A stretch of DNA of 64,000 nucleotides from an uncultured delta proteobacterium (GCA_963727485.1 CAVSGM010000003.1:726636-790635), one strand, 5' to 3'; positions 45,888 to 58,270 are shown, counted from the first letter of the stretch. Program-made: numbers and translations. The notes: generated by a model not told the origin, from the letters alone.

Positions 45888-46838
45888 TCAGACGAAAAGA
45901 GAAGAAAGGGAGTCGGCGTTGTGGATGCGCCGGATGGCCTCGCCGAGGAGCCAGGCCACCGAGAGGACCTTGATCTTGCCGGAGCTCTTCGCGTGGTCGG
46001 AGAGGGGGATGGTGTTGGTGACCACCACCTCCTCGATGACGCTGTCGTCGATGCGCTCGATGGCGGGGCCCGAGAGCACGCCGTGGGTGGCGTAGGCGAA
46101 GACCCGGCGGGCGCCCTGGGCCTTGATGGCCGCGGCGGCCTGGGTGAGGGTGCCGGCGGTGTCGATCATGTCGTCGAGGAGGACGGCGTCCTTGCCCTTC
46201 ACCTCGCCGACGACGTGGAGGACCTCGGCGACGTTGGCGCGGACCCGCCGCTTGTCGACGATGGCGAGCTGGGCGCCCATGCGCTTGGAGTAGGCCCGGG
46301 CCCGCTCCACGCCCCCGGCGTCGGGGGAGACGATGACCACCTCGGAGGCGTCGTCGAAGCGCTTGCGCATGTGGTCGAGGAGGACCGGCATGGCGAAGAG
46401 GTGGTCGAAGGGGACCCGGAAGAAGCCCTGGATTTGCCCGGCGTGCATGTCGAGGGACACCACCCGGGTGGCGCCGGCGGCCTCGACCAGGTCGGCGACC
46501 AGCTTGGAGGTGATGGGGGTGCGGGGCGCGACCTTCCGGTCCTGGCGGGCGTAGCCGTAGTAGGGGAGCACCGCGGTGATCGACGCCGCCGAGGCGCGGC
46601 GCGCGGCGTCGATCATGATGAGCAGCTCCATCAGGTGGTCGTTGGTGGGGGCGCAGGTGCTCTGGAGGATGAACACGTCCACCCCGCGGACGTTCTCGCC
46701 GATCTCCACCTGGATCTCGCCATCGGAGAAGCGGCCGACGTCGGCGTGGGAGAGCGGGCGGTCGAGGTAGTCGCACACCTCGGTGGCGAGGACGCGGTGC
46801 GAGTTGCCCGCGAAGACCTTGTAGGTGCCAGCTCTCAT
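45888..46838 (-). CDS. prs: Ribose-phosphate pyrophosphokinase
   Basis: [30 protein letters not shown]. Confidence 0.97.
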   Translation of the reverse strand: MRAGTYKVFAGNSHRVLATEVCDYLDRPLSHADVGRFSDGEIQVEIGENVRGVDVFILQSTCAPTNDHLMELLIMIDAARRASAASITAVLPYYGYARQDRKVAPRTPITSKLVADLVEAAGATRVVSLDMHAGQIQGFFRVPFDHLFAMPVLLDHMRKRFDDASEVVIVSPDAGGVERARAYSKRMGAQLAIVDKRRVRANVAEVLHVVGEVKGKDAVLLDDMIDTAGTLTQAAAAIKAQGARRVFAYATHGVLSGPAIERIDDSVIEEVVVTNTIPLSDHAKSSGKIKVLSVAWLLGEAIRRIHNADSLSSLFV

Positions 46839-46844
46839 GCCGTG

Positions 46845-47174
46845 TCAGTCCTCGTCGTAGCCCCGCGCGTGGAGCTCGGCGCCGCCGGTGGCGGGCAGGG
46901 GCCGGTCCTCGTCGGCGGCGTCGCCCTGCTCCGCGTGATAGGCGGCGAGGACCTTCTCCTCCATCCAGGCGCGGGTCTCGGTGTTCAGCGGGTGGGCGAT
47001 GTCCTTGAAGGTGCCGTCCTTGCGCCGCTTCGCCGGCATGGCGACGAAGAGCCCCGAGTTGCCTCGGACGACCTTGAGGTCGCGGACGACGAAGCAGCCG
47101 TCGAAGGTGATGGTGACGTAGGCCTTCAAGCGGTCCTCCTCGACAGGGAAGATCCGCACGTCTGTAATCTCCAT
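46845..47174 (-). CDS. spoVG: SpoVG
   Basis: MEITDVRI, FVVRDLKV, GLFVAMP, FKDIAHP. Confidence 0.95.
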   Translation of the reverse strand: MEITDVRIFPVEEDRLKAYVTITFDGCFVVRDLKVVRGNSGLFVAMPAKRRKDGTFKDIAHPLNTETRAWMEEKVLAAYHAEQGDAADEDRPLPATGGAELHARGYDED

Positions 47175-47369
47175 GATGTGCCCCCGGACGTTTGCGTGCG
47201 GGACCGGGCGTGCCGCACGGCGTGCATGACTGGCCCCTGGTCGGTCCCGTCGGCATTGCCTCTCCGGAGGCACCCCGTGCGGGGCCTCGACCCCCGCTGC
47301 GGTCCGGGAGACCGGGCGAGGTCCAAGGGTCAGCCGCCTTCTAGCAGCGGGCCCCAAGGGTGTCAATCG

Positions 47370-48956
47370 GCGCCCTGGGGGCCGGCCGGGGCGGCGGCCG
47401 GGGGCACCGTGAGGGGGACCCCGTAGCGCCGGTCCGGGCGGTCGGGGGCGCGCCAGGTCACCTCGGTGGCCCCGGCGGCGAGGGCGGCCCGGAGGGGCGC
47501 GAGGGCCCCCGGGGCCGGGCCGGCGTCGACGACCGGGGGCGCGGCCCCGGGGACCAGCGCCGCGGCGGCCGGGGTGGGCCGCGGGCCCCTGGCCCCAGGC
47601 CCGGAGCCGGAGCCCGGTGAGCGCCAGGGCCGAGGGGACCCGGACCACCGGCCGGGGCCCGAGGAGACGCTCGAAGGGCACCCGGTGGACGATCCCCTGG
47701 GCGGCGACCAGGATCTGCCGGGCCCGGGCCAGGGGGGCGCCGGCGGGGCCCAGGACGTCGGCCCGGAGGGCGGCGCAGGGATCGGCGCCGGGCCCGCCCG
47801 AGGCGCCCGGCGTCGGGGCCGCCGCGCAGGCCTTTGCCTCGGCCTCGAGGCGGGCCCGCCCGGGCAGGGGGCGGGCGTCCACCGTGTCGTCGGTGATCAC
47901 GAAGAGGATCCCGTGACGGCGGCCCACGGCGTAGTCGAGGAGGACCTCGCCCGGGGCGAGGACGGCCTGGGTGCTCCCGACGATCTGGGCCACGTCGCCG
48001 GGGAGCCAGTCGAGGAGGCTCGGGGCCGCGGCGATCCACGCCGGCCCGCTCTGGACCACCGCCTCGGCGGCCGCCTCCCGGCCCGGGGCGGCGGTCCGCT
48101 CGGCGGGGCCCCAGGCGGCGCGGAGGCGCCGGGTCAGGGTGGCGAAGGCGGCGAGGCGCCGGGCGGCGTCCGGGAGGCCCGCGGCGGTGGCCAGCCGCGC
48201 CGGGGTCACGCCCCTGGCCCGGAAGGCCCGGAGCGCCTCGCGCCCCTGCAGCCGCGTCACCGCGGCGAGGGCGTCGTCGAGGTCCGAGCGGTCGTGGGTG
48301 CGCTCCCACTGGGCGAGGGCCTCGATGGCGTCGGTGACGAAGATCCCGTCGAGGGCCGGGCGGGCGTCCCCGGTGGCGGCGGCGTCCCGCCCGGCGGCCC
48401 GCACCGCCCGGCCGAGGTGGAAGACGGTGGCCTTGGCGTCGCCCACGGCCATGGCCACCCTGGCCCGCCCCAGGTCGGCGACGGCGGCGAGGTCGTCGTC
48501 GCCGAAGCGGTTGGCCCGGATCTCCGCCTGCCGGAAGTGCCAGGCCGCCCGCTGCAGGGCGTCGTCGTCGAGGGGCCCGGCGCCCGGGTGCGCCGCCTTG
48601 GCCGCCGCCAGCAGGGCCTCGGCGAGGGCGATCTCCCGGGCGCTCCAGCACCGGGCGTCCCGGTGGTCGAAGGCGGCGTCCATGGCGTCCCGGAGCCCGT
48701 CCGCGGACCGGTCCCGGGGGAGGCAGGGGGCGAGGAGGGCGTCGGGGCCGGTGGGGGCGGGGGCCGGGGCGGTCCGGGGCGCGGGGGCCGGGGCGGCCCC
48801 GGGCGCGGGGGGCGGTGCCGGGGCGGCGTGGGGGGCCGGGGCCGGGTGGGGCGCCGGGACGGGCTTCGCGCGCCGGGCGCCCGGGGTGACGCAGCCGCCG
48901 GCGAGGACGGCGAGGGCGGCCACGACGGCCAGGCGATGGGGCGGGAGGCGGCTCAC
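47370..48956 (-). CDS. Lipoprotein with CHAT-like C-terminal region, 3' end frameshifted and approximate
   Basis: Lipobox LAGGC, Pro/Ala linker, LLDYAVG...FVIT...RVPFERL...VPSA. Confidence 0.55.
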
Positions 48957-49000
48957 GGGGGGCGCCAGGATAGGCCAGCGCCCGGCCTCGGGGCCACCGC

Positions 49001-50116
49001 CTAGAACCGCGCCTGCCCCTGGAGCTCGAAGGCCGTCGGGTACCCGGCGTCCCAGGGCTCGAGGAGCACGTTGGCCACCACCCGCAGGTCCGGGGACGGC
49101 AGGTTCCAGCAGGCCCCGGCGGTGAGGCGCGTCCGGGCGGTCCCGGCCGCAAGGTCGGCGGCGTAGGTCTCCAGGCGCACCAGGGGCCCGAGGTGCCAGG
49201 GGCTCCGGCCGAAGAGGGTCAGGTAGGCCCCGCCCTGGCGCCCCGGCACCCCGGCGAGCCAGGACCACCCGAGGATCCCCTCGGCCCGCAGGGCGATCCA
49301 GGGGGTGTCGAGCTCGAGGTCGGCCCCGGCGCGGCGGAAGTAGGTCACCGGGGCGGCCGTCGCCGCCGGGGGCAGGTCGCCGAGGGCGAAGGAGACCCCC
49401 AGGCGCAGGTGCACCCCCCCCCGCCGCCACCGGGCGCCCACCCGGGCGAAGGCGTCCTTCCCGGCGCCGCCGTCGAGGGTGTTGGGCCCGGCGCCGTTGA
49501 CCAGGGCCACGGCGTACTCGAGGCCGAAGCGGGCCGGGAGGGCGAGGTGGCCCCGGGCGGAGACGCCGATGTCCCGGGCGTTCACCGCCCGGCCCAGGGC
49601 CCGGGAGACCAGGCTCCGGTCGAGGGTCACCAGCACCGTGGACGAGGTCGGCCAGTCGTAGCCGAAGGGGGTCTTCTGCTGGCCGAGGCGCAGCTCCAGG
49701 TGGGGGATGAGGCGCACGCTGAGGTAGGCGTCGCGCAGGGGCGTGGTGGGGGTGGCCGCCTCGAGGAGCAGGTCGTAGCCCACCCCCGGGACCACGTCGC
49801 CGGCGGCCTTGAGCCGGGCGCGGCGCACCAGGAAGGTGTCCAGGCCCGCGCCGCCGGGGCCGCCGGCCGGGGCCGCGCCGCGGAGGGTGTACTGGACCTG
49901 GAGGTAGCCCGAGAGGTGGAGGGTCGGGTGCGTCGCCGAGGCGGTGGGGGGCGGCGGCGGGGGCGGGACCTCGGTGGCTGGGGCGGGGGCCGGCGCGGGG
50001 GGCGGCGCGGCGCCGGTGTCGGCGCGGGCCGGGCCCGGTGGGAGGCCGAGGGCGGCGGCGGCGAGGAGGAGGACGCCGAGGCGAAGGGCGAGGCGGCGGA
50101 CGCGGTGCGGGCTCAT
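49001..50116 (-). CDS. OprO/OprP-like anion-selective porin
   Basis: SGYLQ, FLVRRARL, LRDAY, RLGQQKTPFG, terminal Phe. Confidence 0.8.
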   Translation of the reverse strand: MSPHRVRRLALRLGVLLLAAAALGLPPGPARADTGAAPPPAPAPAPATEVPPPPPPPTASATHPTLHLSGYLQVQYTLRGAAPAGGPGGAGLDTFLVRRARLKAAGDVVPGVGYDLLLEAATPTTPLRDAYLSVRLIPHLELRLGQQKTPFGYDWPTSSTVLVTLDRSLVSRALGRAVNARDIGVSARGHLALPARFGLEYAVALVNGAGPNTLDGGAGKDAFARVGARWRRGGVHLRLGVSFALGDLPPAATAAPVTYFRRAGADLELDTPWIALRAEGILGWSWLAGVPGRQGGAYLTLFGRSPWHLGPLVRLETYAADLAAGTARTRLTAGACWNLPSPDLRVVANVLLEPWDAGYPTAFELQGQARF

Positions 50117-50156
50117 GGGGGCGGGGTCGGGCGGGCGCGGGATTGCCGGCGCGGGG

Positions 50157-51311
<1,155 letters not shown>

Positions 51312-51318
51312 GGGGGCA

Positions 51319-51348
51319 GTTGACGCGGATACATGACGCTTTGTCAAC
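51319..51348. promoter_or_regulatory. Inverted repeat GTTGAC-N18-GTCAAC between the divergent regulator and modA
   Basis: Seen directly; contains a perfect TTGACA on the minus strand. Confidence 0.5.
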
Positions 51349-51388
51349 GATGCTTTCCCAAGCGCCGGCGCCCTGGTAACAGGGAGGC

Positions 51389-52225
51389 ATGCGCCCCGCC
51401 CGCTCCGCCGGCCCCGCCCGCTTCACCGTCGCCCTCGCCCTCGCCCTCCTCCCGGGCCTCGGCGGCTGCCACGGGTCCGGCGGCCGGGCCCGCGGCCACC
51501 GGGACCTCCTGGTGTCCGCGGCCATGAGCCTCCACGACGTGCTCCCCAAGGTGGCCCGGGCCTTCGAGGCCGGGCACCCGGGGACGAGGGTGTCCCTGAA
51601 CTTCGCCGGCTCCGGGACCCTCGCCCGGCAGATCGAGGCCGGGGCCCCGGTGGACCTCTTCGTCTCCGCGGACCTGGCCACCGTCGACGGCCTGGGCCCG
51701 CGGGTGGTCGCCCGGCGCCAGGTGCTGACCACGGGCCTGGTGGTGGTGGTGCCCGCTGGCGCCAAGGCCCCGCCCCGGGGGGCCGCCGAGCTGGCGAAGC
51801 TTTCGCGTCTGGCCCTGGGCAACGACACGGTCCCGGCGGGGCGCTACGCCCGGGCGTGGCTGAAGCGCGCCGGGGTCTGGGACGCGGTGAAGGGCCGGGT
51901 GGTCCCCGGGGACAACGTGCGCGCGGTCCTCGCGGCGGTCGCCAGCGGCGCGGTGCCCGCGGGGATTGTCTACGCCACCGACGCCAAGGTCGAGCCCCGG
52001 GTGACGGTGGCGTTCCCGGTGCCCGCGGCCCAGGCGCCGCAGGTGACCTACGAGGCGGCGGTGATCCGCGGGGCCCGGCACCCGGGGGCGGCGCGGCGGC
52101 TGATGGCGTTCCTCACGGGCAAGGCGGCGCGGGCGGCGTTCACCGCCGCCGGGTTCACGGTGCTCGGGGCGCCGGCGGGCGGTCACGCCACGGCCGGCGG
52201 TCGCGCCACGGGGGCCGGGCCTTGA
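51389..52225 (+). CDS. modA: Molybdate ABC transporter binding lipoprotein
   Basis: SAAMSL, FAGSGTLARQIEAGAP.DLFVSA, VPAGRYA, GIVYATDA. Confidence 0.93.
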   Translation: MRPARSAGPARFTVALALALLPGLGGCHGSGGRARGHRDLLVSAAMSLHDVLPKVARAFEAGHPGTRVSLNFAGSGTLARQIEAGAPVDLFVSADLATVDGLGPRVVARRQVLTTGLVVVVPAGAKAPPRGAAELAKLSRLALGNDTVPAGRYARAWLKRAGVWDAVKGRVVPGDNVRAVLAAVASGAVPAGIVYATDAKVEPRVTVAFPVPAAQAPQVTYEAAVIRGARHPGAARRLMAFLTGKAARAAFTAAGFTVLGAPAGGHATAGGRATGAGP

Positions 52226-52875
52226 GCCCCTGGGCGATCCTCGCCCGCACCCTCCTGGTGGGGGGGACGGCGGTGGCGGCGATCCTGGTCCCCGGGGTGG
52301 CGCTGGGCTACCTCCTGGCCCGGGCGCGGTTCCCGGGCCGGAGCCTCCTCGAGAGCCTCACGGCCCTGCCCATGGTCCTGCCCCCGGTGGCGGTGGGGCT
52401 GGTGCTGCTGCTCCTCCTCGGGCGCGGGGGGCCGCTGGGCTTCCTCGACGTGCTCTTCACCTGGCCCGCGGCGGCCATCGCCTCGGCGGTGATCAGCTTC
52501 CCGCTCTTGGTGCGGGCCGCCGAGCAGGCCTTCCACGAGGTGCCCCCGCGCCTGGAGCAGGTGGCCCGGTCGCTGGGGGCGTCGCGGTGGCGGACCTTCG
52601 TGCGGGTGACCCTGCCGCTCGCGCGCCGCGGGATTGCCTACGGCACGCTGCTGGCCTTCGCCCGGGCCCTCGGGGAGTTCGGGGCCACGACGCTGGTCGC
52701 CGGGAACATCCCCGGGCGGACCCAGACCCTGTCGCTGGGGATCTACGCGGAGATCCAGCGGGGGCACGACGCCGGGGCCCTGTCCCTGGCGGCGATGTCG
52801 GCGGTGATCGCGGTGGCGGCGACCTGGGTGGGCGAGGTGTACCTCCGCGGCCGGCGCCGGGGGGGGCGGGCGTGA
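52222..52875 (+). CDS. modB: Molybdate ABC transporter permease
   Basis: LPMVLPPVAVG, ARSLGAS, FARALGEFGAT..VAGNIPG. Confidence 0.95.
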   Translation: MSPWAILARTLLVGGTAVAAILVPGVALGYLLARARFPGRSLLESLTALPMVLPPVAVGLVLLLLLGRGGPLGFLDVLFTWPAAAIASAVISFPLLVRAAEQAFHEVPPRLEQVARSLGASRWRTFVRVTLPLARRGIAYGTLLAFARALGEFGATTLVAGNIPGRTQTLSLGIYAEIQRGHDAGALSLAAMSAVIAVAATWVGEVYLRGRRRGGRA

Positions 52876-54032
52876 GCGGCGTCCCGATGCCCGCGCCGGG
52901 GACGACCTCGGCGGGCTCGGCGCTGCGCCTCTCCGGGCGGCGCGGGGGCTTCGACCTCGAGGTGGACCTCGCCTGGGACCGCCCGGTGCTCGGGCTCCTC
53001 GGCCCCAGCGGCGCCGGGAAGTCCTCGATCCTCGACGCGCTCCTGGGCCTGTGGCCCGGGGCCCGGGGGCGGGTGGTGGTCGGCGGGGCGGTGCTCCAGG
53101 ACGACGCCGCCGGCATCCGGCTGCCGGTGGAGGCCCGGGGGCTCGGGTGGCTGCCCCAGGACCTCGGCCTCTTCCCGCACCTCACGGTGGCCGAGAACCT
53201 GCGCTTCGGCGCCCGCCGCAGGCACGGCGGCGCCGAGTTCTCCCCGGAGGCCGAGGTCGCCGGCCTCGCCGCGCGCCTGGGGATCACCCCGCTCCTCGGG
53301 CGCCGGGTGGACGTGCTCTCCGGGGGCGAGCGCCAGCGGGTGGCCCTGGGCCGGGCCCTGGCGGCCGGGCCCCGGGCCCTGGTCCTCGACGAGCCGTTGG
53401 CGAGCCTCGACCGCCCCCTGCGCGCGCGCATCGTCGCCGACCTGCTGGCGCTCAAGGCCACGGGCCTCCCGATGATCTACGTGAGCCACGACCTCCACGA
53501 GCTCTGGGTGCTCGCCGACGTGGTGGCGGTGATCGAGGGGGGCCGGGTGGCCGCCTTCGGGCCGGTGCGCGAGGTCCTGGCCTCGCCCACCGCCGCCGAC
53601 CACCTCTCGCTCCACGGGGTGGAGAACCTCCTCGCGGGCGTGGCCGAGCCGGTGGACGGCGAGGCGGCGCTCAAGGCCTGCGTGACCCCCTCGGGGACGC
53701 GGCTGGTGTTCCCGGCGTTCCCCTCGGCCCCGGCCGACGGGGCGCCGATCCGGGTGGCGGTGCGCGCCGAGGACGTGGTGCTGGCCACCGGCGATCCCGG
53801 GGCCACCTCGGCCCAGAACGTCCTCCGGGGGACGGTGGCCGAGGTCGCGGACGTGGCCCGGGCGGCGCTGGTGGCGGTGGACGTGGGCGGCGACCGGGTG
53901 CAGGTGCAGGTGACGGCCCGGGCGGTGCGGGCCCTGGAGCTCGCCCCGGGTCGGCCGGTCACGTTGCTGGTGAAGGCCCACGCGGTGCACCTGGTGGGCC
54001 CGGCGCCGGCGGCCCCGGCGGGTCCCCGGTGA
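52872..54032 (+). CDS. modC: Molybdate ABC transporter ATPase with TOBE domain
   Basis: GPSGAGKS, LSGGERQR, LDEP, SAQN, VKA. Confidence 0.93.
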   Translation: MSGVPMPAPGTTSAGSALRLSGRRGGFDLEVDLAWDRPVLGLLGPSGAGKSSILDALLGLWPGARGRVVVGGAVLQDDAAGIRLPVEARGLGWLPQDLGLFPHLTVAENLRFGARRRHGGAEFSPEAEVAGLAARLGITPLLGRRVDVLSGGERQRVALGRALAAGPRALVLDEPLASLDRPLRARIVADLLALKATGLPMIYVSHDLHELWVLADVVAVIEGGRVAAFGPVREVLASPTAADHLSLHGVENLLAGVAEPVDGEAALKACVTPSGTRLVFPAFPSAPADGAPIRVAVRAEDVVLATGDPGATSAQNVLRGTVAEVADVARAALVAVDVGGDRVQVQVTARAVRALELAPGRPVTLLVKAHAVHLVGPAPAAPAGPR

Positions 54033-54153
54033 CCTCCTCGCGGGCACGACGCATTGCGTAATGCGGCGGGGGTCGGCGGGTGCTATCCCGCCACCGCCAC
54101 GCGGTAACCGGTGTGGCGCCGGCGCCGCTTCACCGACACCTTGGAGGTCGGAC

Positions 54154-55263
54154 ATGCCACTTAGCGAGCTTCGCGAGTACGGGCACGAGCAGGTCATCTT
54201 CGTGAACAACGAGGAGGCCAATCTCAAGGCCATCATCGCCATCCACGACACCACGCTGGGGCCCGCTCTCGGCGGCTGCCGGATGTGGCCCTACGCCTCC
54301 GAGGAAGAAGCGCTCACCGACGTGCTGCGCCTGTCCCGGGGCATGACCTACAAGGCCGCGGCCGCGGGGTTGAACCTCGGCGGCGGCAAGGCCGTGATCA
54401 TCGGGGACTCGAAGCAGGACAAGTCCGAGGCCCTGTTCCGCGCGTTTGGCCGGGCGGTGAACGCCGCCGGCGGCCGCTACATCACCGCCGAGGACGTGGG
54501 CACCGACGTCAACGACATGGAGTACGCCTTCATGGAGACGGCGTCGGTGACCGGGGTCGACACCAGCCACGGGGGCTCCGGCGATCCCTCGCCGTTCACG
54601 GCCCTCGGCGTCCTCCAGGGGATGCGCGCGGCCTGCGAGATGGTCTACGGCGAGAACGGCGTCAAGGGCCGCCACGTGGCCATCGAGGGGGTGGGGCACG
54701 TGGGCTTCAACCTCCTCAAGCTCCTCCACGAGGAGGGCGCCACCGCCACCATCTGCGACATCGACCCCGAGAAGATTGACGCCGCCAAGGAGGCCATGCC
54801 CGGGGTGGAGGTGGTGTCGACCAAGGAGATCTACGACGTCAAGGCCGACATCTTCGCCCCCTGCGCCCTCGGCGCGTCCATCAACGAGAAGACGGTGGAC
54901 CGGCTCAAGGTGAAGGTCATCGCCGGCGCCGCCAACAACCAGCTGGCCACCGACGCCATCGGCACCGAGCTGGAGAAGCGCAAGATCCTCTACGCCCCGG
55001 ACTACGTGATCAACGCCGGCGGGCTCATCAACGTGTCGGTGGAGCTCGAGGGCTACAGCCGGGAGCGGGCGCTGCGGCTCACCCGGGGCATCTACTACAA
55101 CACCCTGAAGATCCTCCGGCTCGCCAAGGCCGAGGGGCTGCCCTCGAACCAGGCCGCCGACCGCCAGGCCGAGGTGCGGATCCGGTCCATCGGCCGGGTG
55201 CGCAACGCCTTCTCGTTCTTCCACCGCGGGCGCAACGGCGAGGGCAAGCCGTTCAGCCGCTAG
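54154..55263 (+). CDS. Leucine dehydrogenase (Glu/Leu/Phe/Val family)
   Basis: IHDTTLGPALGGCR, LSRGMTYK, GGGK, YITAEDVG, GAANNQL. Confidence 0.93.
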   Translation: MPLSELREYGHEQVIFVNNEEANLKAIIAIHDTTLGPALGGCRMWPYASEEEALTDVLRLSRGMTYKAAAAGLNLGGGKAVIIGDSKQDKSEALFRAFGRAVNAAGGRYITAEDVGTDVNDMEYAFMETASVTGVDTSHGGSGDPSPFTALGVLQGMRAACEMVYGENGVKGRHVAIEGVGHVGFNLLKLLHEEGATATICDIDPEKIDAAKEAMPGVEVVSTKEIYDVKADIFAPCALGASINEKTVDRLKVKVIAGAANNQLATDAIGTELEKRKILYAPDYVINAGGLINVSVELEGYSRERALRLTRGIYYNTLKILRLAKAEGLPSNQAADRQAEVRIRSIGRVRNAFSFFHRGRNGEGKPFSR

Positions 55264-55284
55264 GGTGCGGACCTCCGGCGGGGC

Positions 55285-55770
55285 CTAGTTGTTCTGGGCC
55301 CCGTCGGTGATCCACTGCTTGAGGGCGTCGAGGTCCGCCTGGGAGAGGTAGGGCCCGCCGTTGGGCATCTGGAGGCCGCAGTTGAAGGCCGGGTCGCCGT
55401 TCTGGCTGCAGACCTGGGCCTGGGTGCCGTCGAGCTTGTTCACCAGGTAGCTCTGCTCGGGGTGGCCGGGCTCCACCAGGTTGACCGAGGGCTGCTCGGT
55501 GGACGGCTGGCCCACGAGGTTGGCGTAGGCGTTGCCGGTGCTGAAGTCCTCGTGGCCGGTGGGCGTGCTGCCGTTCTGGGAGCCGTGGCACTGGTTGCCC
55601 AGGGTGCAGCTGGGCATGAGCTTGGTCTGGATGGAGCTCCAGTGGGCGGTGAGGCCCAGGGACTGGGTGTTGCCGCCGCCGCCGTCGGGGCTCCCGCCGG
55701 TGGTGCCGCCGCCGCAGGCGGTGAGGGCGAGGGCGGCGGCGAGGACGAGGACGGTGGGGGTCGGGCGCAT
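55285..55770 (-). CDS. Lipoprotein, possible atypical c-type cytochrome
   Basis: Lipobox LTAC, CTLGNQCH, LVEPG.PEQSYL, QMP, WITDGA. Confidence 0.65.
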   Translation of the reverse strand: MRPTPTVLVLAAALALTACGGGTTGGSPDGGGGNTQSLGLTAHWSSIQTKLMPSCTLGNQCHGSQNGSTPTGHEDFSTGNAYANLVGQPSTEQPSVNLVEPGHPEQSYLVNKLDGTQAQVCSQNGDPAFNCGLQMPNGGPYLSQADLDALKQWITDGAQNN

Positions 55771-55808
55771 GCGGGCCTCCGGGGAGCAAGGTCCGGGGCG
55801 CGGCCCCG

Positions 55809-55855
55809 GCGGGGGAGTCAAGAGGACAGTATCACCGTCCCCTGACTCCCCCCGC
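55809..55855. terminator. GC-rich hairpin downstream of the aldolase gene
   Basis: gggggagtca...ggac / gtcc...tgactccccc inverted repeat; no clear U-tract. Confidence 0.4.
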
Positions 55856-55897
55856 AACCGGGAGGCTACCCCTGGGGGCCGGGGGCCTGGACCGGCG

Positions 55898-56834
55898 CTA
55901 CCGGGAGATGCGCGGCGCGCCCTCGTCGAGGATGGCCTGCACCTGCTTGGTCACCTTCAGGGCCGAGGCCTTCTCGCGCTTCCACATGTTGCGCCCGAAG
56001 ATGAAGCCCCAGGCGCCGGCCTTCACGCAGGCCCGGGCCTTGTGGAGCAGGTCGTCGTCGCCCATCTGGGAGCCGCCGGAGAAGAGCACGGGCACGCCCT
56101 GGGCGGCCTGGACCACGCGGTCGGTCCGCGCCTGGTTGCGGGCCTCGGGGTCCAGGGCCATCAGCTCGGTCTCCAGCGTCCTTGTAGTAGCCGGGGACCT
56201 TGAGGTCGGCGAAGCCGGCGTCGGCGTCCTTGGGCACGTTGGCCTTGACCACGGTGGCGCCCATCTCCACGGCCATGCGGGTGGCGGACTCGACCATGTA
56301 GCTGGTGTCCCGGCCGCCCTTGGCGTTGACGGCCTCGCCCCGGGGGTAGGCCCAGACGATCAGCGGCATGCCGTAGCGCTCGCACTCGCGGCGGACGGCG
56401 GCGAGCTGCTCGATGTCGACGTCCTGGCGGGGGCTGCCGTAGTAGAGGGTGTAGCCGACGCCCACGGCGCCGATGCGCACCGCGTCCTCGACCCAGGAGG
56501 TGTGGGTGGACAGCGCCTGGGCGTCGGAGGGGATGGAGGTCTTGCCGTTGAGCTTGACCACCAGGGGCACCTTGCCGTCGAGGCGGGTCCAGGCGCGCAT
56601 GGCCACGCCGTAGTGGACGGCGACGGCGTTGTACCCGCCCTCGTCGGCGAGCTGCATGATGTAGTGCGGGTTGCCGGCGTCGCTCTTGGCCTCGAGGTGC
56701 CGGCAGTCGTGCTCGATGAACTGGTCGTAGGGGAGGATGATGGAGGTGCCGTTGGCGCGGCACATGGCCCGGACGCGCGCGAGCTCGCCGGAGGTGAAGT
56801 GGAAGCTGCGGAAGTAGCGAAGCTGGTCGGTCAT
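55898..56834 (-). CDS. Class I (DhnA/FbaB-type) fructose-bisphosphate aldolase, frameshift near 56178
   Basis: ILPYDQ, KLNGKT, VEDAVRIGA, WAYPRG, VVK, FSGG, FGRNMW. Confidence 0.88.
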
Positions 56835-56926
56835 GGCCGGTCCCTCCCGGGAGCAGTTGACGGGTTCGCCGGTCAATTAGTCCACGGGGTTTGCGGTGGC
56901 AAGGGCCTGGCGCCATGATCGGCCCC

Positions 56927-57367
56927 ATGCACTTCAAGCGCGTGGAGGCCGCCGAGGCCAAGGAGCTGGTGGACGCAGGGTGGCTCTACCTGGACGTGCG
57001 CAGCGTCCCCGAGTTCGAGCAGGGCCACGCCCCCGGGGCGGTGAACCTGCCGATCCTGCACGCGACGCCCACGGGGCAGCAGGTGAACCGGGACTTCCTG
57101 CGGGTGGCCGAGGTGGCGCTGCCCAAGGACCGGGGGATCGTGGTGGGGTGCGCCAGCGGGGTGCGCAGCCAGGAGGCGACGCGGCTCCTGCTCGAGGCCG
57201 GGTGGGCCGAGGTGGTGGACCTGCGCGGGGGGATCTTCGGCGAGCGGGACATGTTCGGCCGGGTGTCGCTCGCCGGGTGGGCCACCAGCGGGCTGCCGGT
57301 GACGGTGGAGGCCTCGGACGACGAGCGGTACGAGGCGATCCTGGCGAAGGCGGACGCGGGCGAGTAG
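56927..57367 (+). CDS. Rhodanese-like protein
   Basis: YLDVRS..EF..GHAPGAVNLP, CASGVRS. Confidence 0.9.
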   Translation: MHFKRVEAAEAKELVDAGWLYLDVRSVPEFEQGHAPGAVNLPILHATPTGQQVNRDFLRVAEVALPKDRGIVVGCASGVRSQEATRLLLEAGWAEVVDLRGGIFGERDMFGRVSLAGWATSGLPVTVEASDDERYEAILAKADAGE

Positions 57368-57423
57368 GGGCGCGGGGGCCGGGTGCGGCGCCCCGGTCAG
57401 CCCTCCGCGGCCCCGTCTCCCGG

Positions 57424-58270
57424 TTACCCCTCCGCGGCCTCGGCGACGTCGGCGTCGGCGGCCTCGGGGGTCAGCTCCACGCGCCGCCAGGGGACCGCGG
57501 GCCCGAAGCCCACCTTGCGCACCACGCCGGCGGCGGCGAGGTCCCCGTCCTCGGCGCAGGCGGTGAGCCGGGGCATGCGCGCGAGCATGGACCGGGCGAG
57601 CTGCCCGAGCCCCAGGGCGGCGAGGCCCCGGCGCCTGAAGTCGGGCGCGGTGAAGATGTGCCCCACGTGGGCCCCGTGGCGGCTCTCGGCGACCACGTCG
57701 ACCCGGAAGGCGAGCTGGCCCCCCTCGACGATGACGAAGGTCCGCCCGGCCCCGACCCGGGCGCGGACGGTGGCCTCGTGCCCGGCGGGGGGCGGCGCCA
57801 GGCCCTGCTCGTCGTGGAAGGTCCGGTCGGCCTCGATGAGCGCGGGGACGTCGAGGTCGGTGGCCCGGCGCAGGGCGGGGGTCACGTAGGGCCCCATGTC
57901 GTCGGCGGTCACCGAGTAGAGCCGCTCGGCCCGCCCGGGCAGCCGCGGCGCGTCGAGCCCGGCGAGGATCCCCCCACGGCCGTGCGCTCGCCGAGGAGGG
58001 TGCGCACCGCGTGCCCCCGGAGCGCCGCCCCGAGCTCCCGGGCGGCCGTGGGCCCGCTGATGCCCGCGGGGATGAGGGTCCCGTCGGCCCCCACGAAGAC
58101 CACCCCGGCGAGCTGCCCATTCTGCACGCAGGCCACGAATGGACGGGTCCCGTGCTCCGCCAGGAGCCCGAGGGCGAGGAGGTGGGCCTGCTTGTCCTCG
58201 AGGAGGAACGCCTCGAGGTGCGAGGCCCGGCTGGTTGGGACCGGTCCGACCACTGGGGGGCCGATGGGGA
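57424..58270 (-). CDS. GNAT acetyltransferase-like protein, frameshifted
   Basis: VGHIFTAPDFRRRGLA and RKVGF; N-terminal part in another frame. Confidence 0.75.

Noticed and set aside
47175..47360. tRNA or structured RNA upstream of spoVG
   Set aside because: No cloverleaf or T-loop motif found on either strand
46845..49430. 861-aa ORF as a CHAT-SpoVG fusion
   Set aside because: SpoVG has its own ATG at 47174; the linker is low-complexity GC-rich read-through after a probable frameshift
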